64,000 nucleotides of DNA from Eledone cirrhosa. Its lineage: Eukaryota. A program made the translations under genes and the position numbers. Below are positions 1 to 11,900 of this stretch, piece by piece (the stretch's first letter is position 1; every line of letters begins with the position of its first letter). The stretch is taken from contig OZ024762.1 of the NCBI GenBank assembly GCA_964016885.1, forward strand, positions 10,106,001 through 10,170,000. The letters are read 5' to 3'. Under the pieces are notes generated by a model, which saw only the letters and a list, made by a program, of their open reading frames with translations, ran no database searches and was not told the DNA's origin.

Positions 1-648
1 TGTGTCACTGTCGAAGCTGTCACGATAGCTGTCGTGCCACTGGTCATATATCTCAAATAACAAATCGTCGAATATAGAGCCGCGAGGCCGAGTTTGCCTA
101 CAGTATGGGGCCATTTCGCAACTGTCTTCCGGTAAACATTCAATGTTTAACGGACTTGGGCTAGGGTTACGGTTGGGACTAGGGCTAGGGCTAAATTTGC
201 TCGCTTTGTCAAGCTGCCCCTCGTCGGAATTGGTGCTAGTGGTGGCGTAACAAGCTGGTTCTGCTCCCGACACCGCCCGTGTGGTCGGGACTGAAGTAGC
301 CGAGGGTGGTGGATGCGTCTCTTGCAGTCGGCCATCGACGGACGAAAACTTATCCCCGTGTCTGACATTGTTGCTGCCGTTGCTGTTGCTATCATTGGCG
401 AACAGAGGAGATTTCCCCTGTCTGGGTCCCGTGGAAGTCACCGATATCCGGCCGCATGAGGCAACAGTCGACAGACGTACGGATTGTGGTTGTGGTGGTG
501 GTGGTAGTGGTGGTGGGGTACCCACCAGGAAGACATCGTCGTCGGAGCTGTGTACCCTTTCCTGTGTACGCTTCGTTCCTCGTTCGTTGGGGACTGCTTC
601 GTGTCTATTATCAAACCAAGGAGTCTCCAGACCTTCTTCCATCATCAT
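1..648 (-). CDS. TBC1D30: First coding exon (partial, runs off window) of a TBC1 domain family member 30-like protein
   Basis: Manual translation gives 216 open codons from ATG-ATG-ATG at 648 (in-frame TGA upstream at 663-661) to base 1: MMMEEGLETPWFDNRH...RPRGSIFDDLLFEIYDQWHDSYRDSFDSDT. It is GC-rich relative to the flanks. The last motif resembles my recollection of the TBC1D30 N-terminal segment (SLVSGLLNELY...RRDSLDSST). Coding status is well supported; the identity is from memory and the TBC domain would lie outside the window. Confidence 0.6.
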   Translation of the reverse strand, partial: MMMEEGLETPWFDNRHEAVPNERGTKRTQERVHSSDDDVFLVGTPPPLPPPPQPQSVRLSTVASCGRISVTSTGPRQGKSPLFANDSNSNGSNNVRHGDKFSSVDGRLQETHPPPSATSVPTTRAVSGAEPACYATTSTNSDEGQLDKASKFSPSPSPNRNPSPSPLNIECLPEDSCEMAPYCRQTRPRGSIFDDLLFEIYDQWHDSYRDSFDSDT

Positions 649-1797
649 ACCATGTTGGCTTCACTTTTTTTAAACAACAACAAAAACTTTTCCCCAAGCT
701 GTTCACTATAGTTTACACATACAAACACGGGCGTGCTGTGCGACTGCCGTGACAGCAACAAGCATTATGGACGTGTTGTGTAGTATCTCTGTGTGTGTGT
801 GTATGTATGGGAGAGAGAGACACACACATAGAACATATAGTTAAAGGTACTTGTATGTATGTAGTTGTTGTTTTTACTAAGTACACACCAGCTGCTTGGC
901 TTCGCTGCTCCTGATCATTATTATTATTACTACGGTCATTATGGCTGGCAAAGTCTAAACTGGGACTATTCGCAATATATGTGAAGATGCGTGGCTTATG
1001 GTTAATGGGAGTGTTCGGCTCAGGATAATAAGGTCATATGTTCGATTCCCGGTAACACGTTGAGACCTTTTGAGCAAGGCGCTTTATTTCCTCTAGCTTC
1101 AGTCCACGTAGCTGGGGCCAAAAATTTGCGTTATATCTGGAATTCAAAGGGCTAGCTTTGTCACACACTGTGCTACCCCGAATCTCCCTGAGAACTACGT
1201 CAGGGACGGTGAAAATATTTCTGAATTGGGGTGAGGGGGGCCAAATTTGGTCAATTTAGTTGTAGTGATTAGTTTAGCTGTTATCAAATATCAATCAAGA
1301 TATAAAAAACTTCGATATGTGATAAACATAACATGTACATAAATTGTAGCGTATATACAAATAGATGTGTGTTTTTGGTAGTTTGGAGAGAAAATATATA
1401 ATTATTGGGGGGCGGGGTCCCCCTACGCAGTTCCACTGCCCCTGTACCTTAGCGGTACACGTGTTAGTGGAATGCCCAACCCCATGCACGTAAATTTCAC
1501 ACATATTTCAATGTTCGAAATCCAGTTAGTATCCGTGTGATCTGGAGACAGTTGGATGAAAAAATACCAAAGCAACATTTAAGCTTCGTCTCTTTACCGT
1601 TCTGAGTTCAAATCCCACCGAGGGTCATTATGTCTTTTCCATTTCCAGAGATCATTAGAAATAAAGTACCAGTGAAATATTAGGACGGGGGTCTATTTTA
1701 AGGGAAATTCCACAGCTGCACAGGTCTTTGAGGCAAATGACATGACCCAGTGTTTTGATATTCTCTGAGTCTGAGAAGCATTTGTAATGGTTTAAAC

Positions 1798-2263
1798 AAG
1801 GGGCGTGCAACAGGTGGGCCATGGGCCACAATCCGACCCACCAGGCCAGTCAGAGTGGCCCGCGATGACCGGTTTTGATTTTTACCTTGTAGGCCTATTT
1901 AGGATTTTTTTCGTAACTGTAATACAATTTTCTGTTAGTTGACCTATACTAAAGGGCTTCACTGATAGGGTTACGTGTGTTATAATTTCCCAGTTCCATG
2001 TTATGGAAAGAAGTTGTGGTGAATCTTTGGAATAGTGCTTAATAAATATTAATGGCCCTAACAGTTGTTCTGATAGGGTTATGTGTGTTATAATTTCCCA
2101 GTTCCATGTTATTTATCTTTATTGTTTAAAAATGTATTCACAATGTATTTATGACTCAATTCATTGGTTTTCATTAGATTACATATTTTTGACGCTGACT
2201 GGTCCTAATTGTTGTTCCAACATTCAAAACTTGTCCTCCAACGGAATATGTTACACACCACTG
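1798..2263. mobile_element. Non-autonomous hAT-type DNA transposon
   Basis: 8-bp direct repeat GTTTAAAC on both sides (1790-1797, 2264-2271); imperfect TIRs aaggggcgtgcaac / gttacacaccactg. Confidence 0.65.
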
Positions 2264-2671
2264 GTTTAAACATTTTAAGGGTGTTTTAAGTCTTGTAACC
2301 CTCATTCTGTAGCCTCCCTAACTCAGCATACTGTCGGGTTCAATCCTAAGGCATGGTATCTTGGGCAGGTGTCATTTATCATAGCGTTGGGTTGACCTAT
2401 GCCTTGTGAGTGAAAGTGGGTGGACAGAGACTGTTTGGAAGCCTGTCGGCTGGACACTATACATAATTCTAAAGACCTATCTTGTCACACCGTGTATCAT
2501 ATTGAATCTCCTTCACATGTTAAATTCACAAGCAAGCTCATTGATCAAACAAATGGAACACTCATCGTCGAAACTAACGGAGGTCCTTCGAACCATCGTA
2601 ATCACCACATGTAGTATTTGATACAAAAGGTATGAACTTACAGCACAAAGTTAATTTTAGAACTGTACAAG

Positions 2672-2970
2672 TAAGGTTCAACTACAGAAGCAGTGGTCAA
2701 CTATATAAACAGGGCTCAACTACACAAGCAGGGTTCAACTATATAAACAGGGTTCAACTACTCAAGCAGGGTTCAACTATATAAGCAGGGGTCAACTACA
2801 CAAACAGGGTTCATCTATATAAACAGGGCTCAACTACTCAAGCAGGATTCAACTATATAAACAGGGATCAACTACACAAGCAAGGATCAACTGTACAAAC
2901 AGGGCTCAACTCCACAAGCTGGGATCAACTCCACAATCTGAGGTCAACTCCACAAGCTGGGATCAACTAT
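2672..2970. repeat. Degenerate ~19-bp minisatellite (agggttcaactayayaarc)
   Basis: About 15 imperfect tandem copies. Confidence 0.8.
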
Positions 2971-3085
2971 ACTAGTTGGGCCATACGAGTGAGACACGGT
3001 CTCCCAACCAATCCCACATCAGATGGAACAAAACCGTCTAACCCATGCTAACGTGGAAGATGGACGTTAAATGATGATGATGATG

Positions 3086-3118
<33 letters not shown>

Positions 3119-3191
3119 TATATATATATACATATATACATATATAATGATGGACGTTAAATGATGATGATGATGATATATATATATATAT

Positions 3192-3234
<43 letters not shown>

Positions 3235-3549
3235 TATATATATACATATATACATATATAATGAAAACACACACACACATAGAACAAACAACTTACAATT
3301 AAGGACAAAATGAAAACACACACAAAATGAAAACACACACAGGACAAAATGAAAACACACACACACATAGAACAAACAACCAACCAACAATAAATAAATA
3401 AATAAATAAACAAATAGATAAATGAACACAAACACACACAGACACCCGGATGTGGCGCATGCGCAAACTGAGCACACAACACACACACAGAAACAAAATG
3501 GCGTAGGATAGAAGAAAGGAAAGGCACAGAAACGAAGAAAGGAATCCCC

Positions 3550-3594
3550 AGTCACTGAAGAGGTCACAGAGTGTGTGACGAAAGGACTATGACT
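3550..3594 (+). ncRNA. Minimal type-I hammerhead ribozyme motif (family A) in a Penelope-like terminal repeat (~3290-3760)
   Basis: AGTCA-CTGAAGA-g-GTCAC agagtgt GTGAC-GAAA-ggac-TA-TGACT: stem I 5 bp, stem II 5 bp, intact core. Second copy at 45194-45238. Confidence 0.7.
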
Positions 3595-3912
3595 ATATAT
3601 AAACAACTATCTGGTTGTGGAACCAACCAACCAACCAGAAATTTATAAGTTTGTAGATTTGTAAATTTATAAATTTATAAATATAAAATAAATTGAAGTG
3701 AAAGCAACTGGTGCGTGTGTTTCTTATTGGCAACATGACCCTCCCAAAGTATAACAATATATATATATACATATACATATATACACACATATATATACAT
3801 ATATATACATATATACACATACACATATATATAAACATATATATATATATGTATACATATGTACATATGTATATATACATATTAAACCTGATGATGATAT
3901 CTATATAAATAC

Positions 3913-3945
<33 letters not shown>

Positions 3946-4488
3946 CATATATACATATATACACACATATATATACATATATATATATATATACATATAT
4001 ACACACACATATATATATATACATATATATTTACATATATATATACATACACACACACAAATATATAAACTTTACCCCACGGTGGAGATGACAAAGGACC
4101 ATGGCAAGTGATGCTGTGCTGAATAGGGCCCATCCCACCCTTGCAAGCAAGAAAAAGCGGGCGTAAAATGATGATGATGATGATGATGATATACACATAT
4201 ACATACATGTAATACAAACGAGATATATTAATATATAAACCAATCAACAGCCGCTATAAATCTCACAACTATAATCAGTTTCTGATTTTTTAAATAAATA
4301 AAAAATAAACAAAAATAATTTTAATTAAAATTTATTTTATTTTATTCTTATTTTTATTTTTATTTCATTGCAGGGTATTGAACCTCTGAAGTTGTAAACA
4401 TGGACAACCGATAGACAATCAGAAAATCAAAGTGTTTGAAGGGTGTGGGGGTGGAGAGGGGAGGGGTGAGGAGATTGTATATATATAA

Positions 4489-4524
<36 letters not shown>

Positions 4525-4556
4525 GTAGGTCCCGGGTTGAGTCGGGGATAACCACA

Positions 4557-4609
4557 GAGCTTCCTGAAGATTTCATCTGAATGAAACAGTACTAGTCCTG
4601 TAGAAGCTC
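4557..4609 (+). ncRNA. Type-I hammerhead ribozyme motif (family B)
   Basis: GAGCTTC-CTGAAGA-tTTCAtcTGAAt-GAAA-CAG tactagtc CTG-TA-GAAGCTC: stem I 7 bp, near-palindromic stem III, weak stem II. Lies between two (TA)n tracts; relative at 30291-30482. Confidence 0.65.
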
Positions 4610-4628
4610 CTTCTATAAAATAAAAATA

Positions 4629-4679
<51 letters not shown>

Positions 4680-4686
4680 TTATCTG

Positions 4687-5010
4687 TTAGTGGTTAGAGC
4701 ATTGGCCTTGCAATCGAAAGGTTGTGAGTTCAATTCTCAGACCAGGTGATGAGTTGTTTCCTTGAGCAAGACACTTTATTTCACATTGCTCCAGTTTACT
4801 CAGCTGTAGAAATGAGATGATAGGGACTGGGGTCCATATCATTCCACTGCAAAGTGGTCGTGGAGGTGCCACGGCAAAAAAGCACCCAGCACTCACTGTA
4901 AAATGAGGTTGGTGTTAGGAAGGGCATCCAGCTGTAGAAATCAAGCCAGAACCAGTTCTCGACCCACCCTTGCAAGCAGGGAAAAGCGGACGTAAAATGA
5001 AATGATGATG
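4687..5010 (+). mobile_element. tRNA-derived SINE (CORE-like centre, RTE-type 3' tail ending (ATG)n)
   Basis: Pol III A/B-box-like head (tagtggttagag ... gagttcaattc), ccttgagcaagacactt core, tail shared with the LINE at 14098-14426. Many relatives, e.g. 985-1200, 8215-8605, 13910-14050, 32070-32240, 42510-42630, 49797-49960. Confidence 0.75.
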
Positions 5011-5495
5011 AAAAAATGATATGTATTACATACATATATGAGAGAGACAAATGGTGAGAGGAAGGAAGTGAGAGAGATAAAGGAGATGAAGAGAGGGAGT
5101 GAGAGACAAATCGATCAATCGATAGCTAAATAAACTTGCTAGAGGCCTCAGTTGCTTTCTATGTTGTCAGTGAATGTTGTGACATATGTTGTGTTGTAGA
5201 CAACATATGTCATAGCCATGTGACATGTCTTAAAACTTTCAGCTCGATATAATATATCAACCCCTTTTACAAAAGACATTTCTGTTGTTATATCTTGGCT
5301 GTTACTTATCCCCCTCCCCCTTACACCCTCCACCCCACACTATCTCTCTCTCTCTCACTTTCTCTCTCTCATTCACTTTCTCTTTCTCTGTCATTCTGTC
5401 TGTCAATTTCTCTTTTTCTATCTCTATGTCTCTCTAACATTCTTACTCTCTCACTCTCTCTCTCTCTTGTGCTCTCTCTCTCTCTCTCTCTTGTG

Positions 5496-5527
<32 letters not shown>

Positions 5528-6232
5528 TTCTCTGTCTCTCTCTTTCACTGTCTCTTTTCCTATCTGTCTCTCTCTGACATTCTTATTCTCTCTCTCTCTT
5601 ATGTTCTCACTCTCTCTCTCTCACTCTTTCTCTCTCTCTCTCACTCTCTAATTTTCTCTTTTCCTATCCCTCACTGACATCCTTACTCTCTCTCTCTCTC
5701 TCTCTCCTGTTATTAGTAAGTCCAACAAGTTAAGTTCTAATGTTACCGAGGTGACAACTTGGCCTTTTGCCTTTCCGGAGTTGACAAAACAAATAGCCAG
5801 TGTAGTATACACACACACATACATATATATACACACATATATACATATATACATACATACACAAGTACATATAGAGACATATATACATATATATATATAT
5901 ATATATACTTATGGACATACATACACACATACATATAATGACATATATATATATATACTTAGGGACATACATACATACACACATATTTATATAGACATAC
6001 ATACACATATATATATATATATATGGACATACATATATACATACATACATTCATACAAACATACATACATTAATACATACATACATATATATATATACAT
6101 ATATACATAAACACATATTTACATAAATATATACATACATATATATACATATATTATGCGCATTTCAAAATGTACTACAATAAAACTCACCTCCTACATA
6201 TATATATATATATAATTACAACAGTGAAATAA

Positions 6233-6282
6233 ACAGGTACTCAAGTTTCGTTGGGTTCTGGGCCCCAATTTCTTCAGCCTGT
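6233..6282 (-). ncRNA. Minimal type-I hammerhead ribozyme motif (family C), left arm of the 6206-6390 fold-back
   Basis: Minus strand: ACAGG-CTGAAGA-aa TTGGG gcccagaa CCCAA c-GAAA-cttgag-TA-CCTGT. The mirrored plus copy at 6314-6363 has two stem-I mismatches. Confidence 0.65.
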
Positions 6283-6449
6283 CATGAGAAACAAGATCTT
6301 TGTGTTTCTCATGACAAGCTGAAGAAATTGGGGCCCAGAACCCAACGAAACTTGAGTACCAGTTTATTTCACTGTTGTAATTATATATACTAAACTATGG
6401 ACTGAGTGCTCTTGCTCTTGGATATTTCCACTTAACTTTTATTTATATC

Positions 6450-6481
<32 letters not shown>

Positions 6482-6749
6482 GCCATATCTCCCTTTTTTA
6501 CTCTTTTTCCTTCTCAATGTTATGCCCTTATTAATAAATTGCGCTGAATCTCCCTGAGAACTAAGTTAACTATGTACGTATGTGTAGAATGCTCAGCTGC
6601 CTGTAAAGTAAGTAGTATGTTAATTTCACTAACAGCAGACAACTCTTCCTCGTCTTTTAGTATCAGCTTTTAAAGCACAAGGGAGACAACTGCAACTTTA
6701 TTCTTGTAAGAATTGTGTCACATGATCTATCGGGAGGAGTGTAGTAAAA

Positions 6750-6845
6750 ATGGCTGCTACCATGCATTATGCCAATGAACGAACGGATACAAATCTCGCA
6801 GCGATTAAAAGCGACATGCAGACGATGGATAAATTTGAAATTGAG
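6750..6845 (+). CDS. COMMD7: COMMD7 exon 1 (MAATMHYA...KFEIE), followed by GC donor
   Basis: aaaATGg start context; 32 codons; DMQ motif as in COMMD7; ends GAG|GCAAGT. Confidence 0.85.
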
Positions 6846-7263
6846 GCAAGTCCGTCTGCTTGTTTGAAGATTTAATTTCTTTATCTTTTTCCTAAACAAA
6901 ATGTCTATAGTTTCTTTTCTTTTCTTTATCGAATATTTACAATACATAATGGGCGTATTTTCTCCAAGCCGACATCTAAAAGTCTGTGGTTCTCAGAAAT
7001 CCATGTCATATGTACTGTGTACTATACATACACTTTTTGATGAGTTGTAGTGCACCTGAGCACTGTACACAATATTTTCATTATTATTATATTATTATAT
7101 ATCCCCCATCCTCAGTGGTTGTCACCGATCCAGGTTTACATTTGTTGTGTATTGTTAATTTGCGATCGCCTATATTATTTTATTTAATATATACGCAGCA
7201 GTTTGGATATATTGATATTCCATTTGATATATACACTATAGTTGGGTATATCGGTATTTCATT

Positions 7264-7294
<31 letters not shown>

Positions 7295-8918
7295 CTATAG
7301 TTGGGTAGATCAGTAATTAATTTGATATAAAGTCCTCCTTTTGTCACTAATGACCATGAGATTTACACCTAGAAAGTTCCCCTCCAAAGCACAAGTCCGG
7401 GCAAGGTTGTTTATGGAAGACCAGCAGTCACCCATACATACCAGTCTCTCCTCTCTCCATACCTCTGATGTTGTCCAAGGGAAAAGCTATGGCTGACACA
7501 GCTTGGCACTAGTGACATAACAACTCATATATACACTATATATACATCATATGTACACTATGTACAGTATATATACACTATGTTCAGTATATGTACACTA
7601 TATACATTATATATACACTATGTTCAGTATATATACACTATGTTCAGTATATGTACACTATATACATTATATATACACTATGTTCAGTATATATACACTA
7701 TGTTCAGTATATGTACACTATATACATTATATATACACTGTTCAGTATATATACACGATGTACATTATATATACACTATGTTCAGTATATATACACTATG
7801 TACATTATACATACACCATGTACAGTATATATACACTATGTTCAGTATATGTACACTATATACATTATATATACACTATGTTCAGTATATATACACTATA
7901 TACATTATATATACACTATGTTCAGTATATGTATACACTATGTATGATGTTGTCCAAAGGAAAGGCAATGGCCGATACAGCTTGGCACCAGTGACGTCAC
8001 AACAGATTTCTACAGCTTTGTAAACTGGAGCAACGTGAAAAAATGTCTCTTGCTCAAGGACACAACACAAAGTCCAGTCCGAGAATCGTAGTGCACTTGA
8101 ACACTGTACACAATAATTTCATTATTTTTATTTATTTAAACTCATGATTGTCAGCCCGACGCTCTAACCATTAAGCCATGTGGTTTTTCATTTGATGTAT
8201 ATATATATATATATGGAGGCATATGGCTTAGTGGTTAGAGAATTGGCCATGCAATCGAAAGATTGTGAGTTCAATTCTCAGACCGGGTGATGTGTTGTTT
8301 CCTTGAGCAAGACACTTTATTTCACATTGCTCTAGTTTAATCAGCTGTAGAAATGAGATGATAGGGACTGGGGTCCCTATCATTCCACTGTAAAGTGGTC
8401 ATGGAGGTGCCACGGCATAAAAGCACCCAGCCCACACTGTAAAGTGGACGTGTAGGCGCCACGGAAAAAAGCACCCTGCACTCACTGTAAATGAGGATGG
8501 TGTTAGGAAGGGCATCCAGCTGTAGAAATCAAGCCAAAATCAGTTCCCGTCCCACCCTTGCAAGCAGGGAAAAGTGGACGTAAAATGAAATGATGATGAA
8601 TGATATATATATATAATTATTAAGTCATTTATATAAAATTTGGCTTTGTTTATTATAAATTATAGATATACTGCTATATATATTTCGGTGACAGCCATCA
8701 TTGGCTGTGACCTCTTCAGGCAGTCCGAATTGGTGTGGTAGAGACAGGTACACATGTTGTTGAAGTGTGTTTTACTCCGTCAATACTCCAATATGTGCAG
8801 CTCCTGGTTGGGTTGTTATTTCTCTGAGGAACTGGAATCACATGAATTAGAACAAACGAATTTCGGCGTCATAGGACACGCTCTCATCCCATTGGTCAAC
8901 CAACATATACTCAAAATA

Positions 8919-8959
<41 letters not shown>

Positions 8960-11900
8960 TATAGTTCACTACATGTGTATTTCATTTGATATATATACAC
9001 TAGTTGGGTATAATGGTATTTCATATACTAGTACTGAAGTGATTGTTTAAAAACTAGTTTTCTTCTTTATTTTACAGCAATTTTCACAATTAGTCCAAAT
9101 GATGTTCTCTTTTCTTCTGGACCCAAACAAGGTAAGTTACAGAATCAAAGTCTGTTCTAAACCCAAAAGTTCACCAGGCTAGATCTTATCCTTGCCTCAT
9201 TGGGGTTAAGTTGCCAAGTTACAGAGTTAAAGTCTATCCCAAACTCAGAGGATCATCCTTGTTCCATCATCATCATTATTTAATGTCTATTTTCCTCACT
9301 AGCATGGGTTAGACAGGTTGCCCCATTATAAAACAAGCCAGGTCCAATGACCATGTCTTGCTTATACGGGACTGGTTTCGGCTTGGTTTCTACCAAGATG
9401 GATGCCCTTCCTAACGCCAAACACATTTACGGTGTGGGCTGGGTGCTTTTTGTCATGACACCTACACAACCACTTTACAGTGTGGGCTGGGTGCTTTTTG
9501 TTGTGTCACCTACACAACCACTTTACAGTGTGGGCTGGGTGCTTTTTGTTGTGTCACCTACACGACCACTTTATAGTGAGGGCTGGGTGAATTTTGTCAT
9601 GACACCTACACCACTCCCCATTGGACAGGACATGACACCAATCCATTCCCTAGTTAAAGTTTGTCCCATGTCTGGAGACTCACCAGACCAGAGCTTATTC
9701 CAGTTTCATGCCACCTGGGTCCAAGAATCCAGCAGCCTAACAACTAAGCCTCTTGCCGTCACAATAAAATAAGACCACCCTACATTTTTTCGTTACTCCA
9801 TTTTATTGGTCCCTATCAAAGTAGATGAATTCCTTACAGGTTAGTAAGCTGAGCTCATGGTTGTAAGACAGCTGGTTTGATCCTTGGACTGGAAGTTGCA
9901 ATATGTTGTTGGGCAAGGCACTTCAGTCTACTCAGTAGTAAATTATTGGATACCAACAGTCATGGCAGGTTAACTTCACGATAAACCAGTCTCGTGTCCA
10001 AAGAGTGGGGCTGGTTCTCTCAGTTGCTCAACCTTTTACATACCAATGCAGCCGAGGTTTTGTAGCATTTAGCTATGACTCTAAGTGGGTGCTACCACCC
10101 CCGAGGGGCGTCGAGACGGTCCAGGGGGGTGGTACAGATGATATAATAGTATATTAAATAAATAGAGTAAAACTTTTTTTAAATATAATATTTAATCAAC
10201 TTTCTCTTCAGTAAATTGCTGGCTTTGTGTCAATGTTAGAAAGAATTGTATTATTACTATTATTATTAGGCAGTAGATTGGCAGAATCGGTAGGGCGTCG
10301 GACACCATGCTTTGCAGCATTGAGGTACGGCCCTTTACGTTCTGAGTTCAAATCCTGCTGAGGTTGGCAAGCTTTTTCTTTCATCTTTACGGGGTCGATA
10401 AAATAAAGTACCAGTAATGTACTGGAGACGATTTAATCAATTTTCCCCTCCCCCTTATATTGCTGGCCTTGTGCCTAAATCAGAAACAATTATTATTATT
10501 ATTATCTTTCTCTGTATATTTGTTTAGTCTTCGCAGCTGTTCACACAGCTGGAAACATTTGCAGAAGACAATGGCGCTAACTTTACTGCTTTGAAGTCTG
10601 TCTTCAAGAGTTTGCTCACACTTCCGAATGGTAAGTTGGATTTTATTGGCAGAGTATGTGTATGTGTGTGGAGTTTGTGGTGTTAATGGTGGTGGTGGTG
10701 GTGGGGTTAATGGTGGTGTTGGTGGTTGTTGTTGCCTTAACCCTTTTGATGCCAACCTGGCCAAAACCAGCTCTGATTTTATGAAACTAAACAACCCAGT
10801 AGTGCACCTGAGCCCTGTACACAATAATTTCATTTTTTTTTTTTTTTTTTTCAATACATATTTACTTTTACTTACTTAAATATGGAATGTTACGTGATGG
10901 TAATTAAAATAGTATATTTCAATAGAACTATGGTAACAAAAGGGCTAATTATTCACTGATATTGTTGTTATTTTCGTTTTTTAGATGCTTTAAAAAGAGG
11001 GGTGGCACCAGCTACCTTCCAGGAAGAACTAGTCAGTCTTGGTAAGAAAGTACTTAATATTTGTTGCAATTTGAATAGATCTTCATCTTCATTTAACCCT
11101 TTAGCATTTAAACTGGCCATATCTGGCCAGAATTCTCTCACCTCTTTCTGTTCAAACTGGCCATAACTGGCTGCTCATACTGATGTTAAGGTATTGTTCT
11201 CAAAATAAATAACATCAAAACCTCGTAGATTTGATATTATGCGAGATAATTATGTGAGGTAAAATATTTACCATGAAAATATAATAGTAAATATGGATTA
11301 ATGTGAATGCTAAAGGTTTAACATCCATTTTCCCTGCCAGTATGGGTTGGACAGGTCAGTAGTTAATCACTCAGTCCATGTTGTAAATATGGTTGGTGTT
11401 AAGAAAGGACATCCAGCCGTAGAAACCAAATCCCAGAAACAGCTCTGTATGAGCAAGACACGATCTGAGTTGTCTCACAACGGGACAAATTGTCTAACCC
11501 ATGCTAGCATAGAAAAATGGACGTTAAACAATGATGATGATGGGCTGGGACCTCATCTCATTTACATACATTCTTACATTCTACAGAATACATCGACCAT
11601 TTTTAAAGTTAAAGTTGAGTAAATATTTTTTTAAAATGTTTTTTCTGTTTTACCTTGTGTAATTTGTTCTAGTTACCTGTACTCTTGGTTCTAATCCCAT
11701 CAAGGTCAACTTTGTCTTTCATTCATCACAGGTATCAATAAAATAAAATACCAATCAAATAGTGTGGCTAAAGGATTAACCCTTTCATTGCCATATTTCT
11801 AACGAAAGATGCTGCCTATGGTTTTCAAATCATACCCATGCCATCCTCTAATACTGCATATTGTTCATTGTAGGTTTGTCACAAGAAAAAGCTGAATACC

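Noticed and set aside
158-192. Telomere-like (CTAGGG) repeats
   Set aside because: They encode the SPSP stretch of the minus-strand exon.
147-752. Track ORFs 147-395, 281-673 and 456-752
   Set aside because: Shadow frames of the longer minus-strand frame 648 to <1.
8215-8290. tRNA-like sequences with A/B boxes (many copies)
   Set aside because: No closed cloverleaf; each continues into a SINE body.
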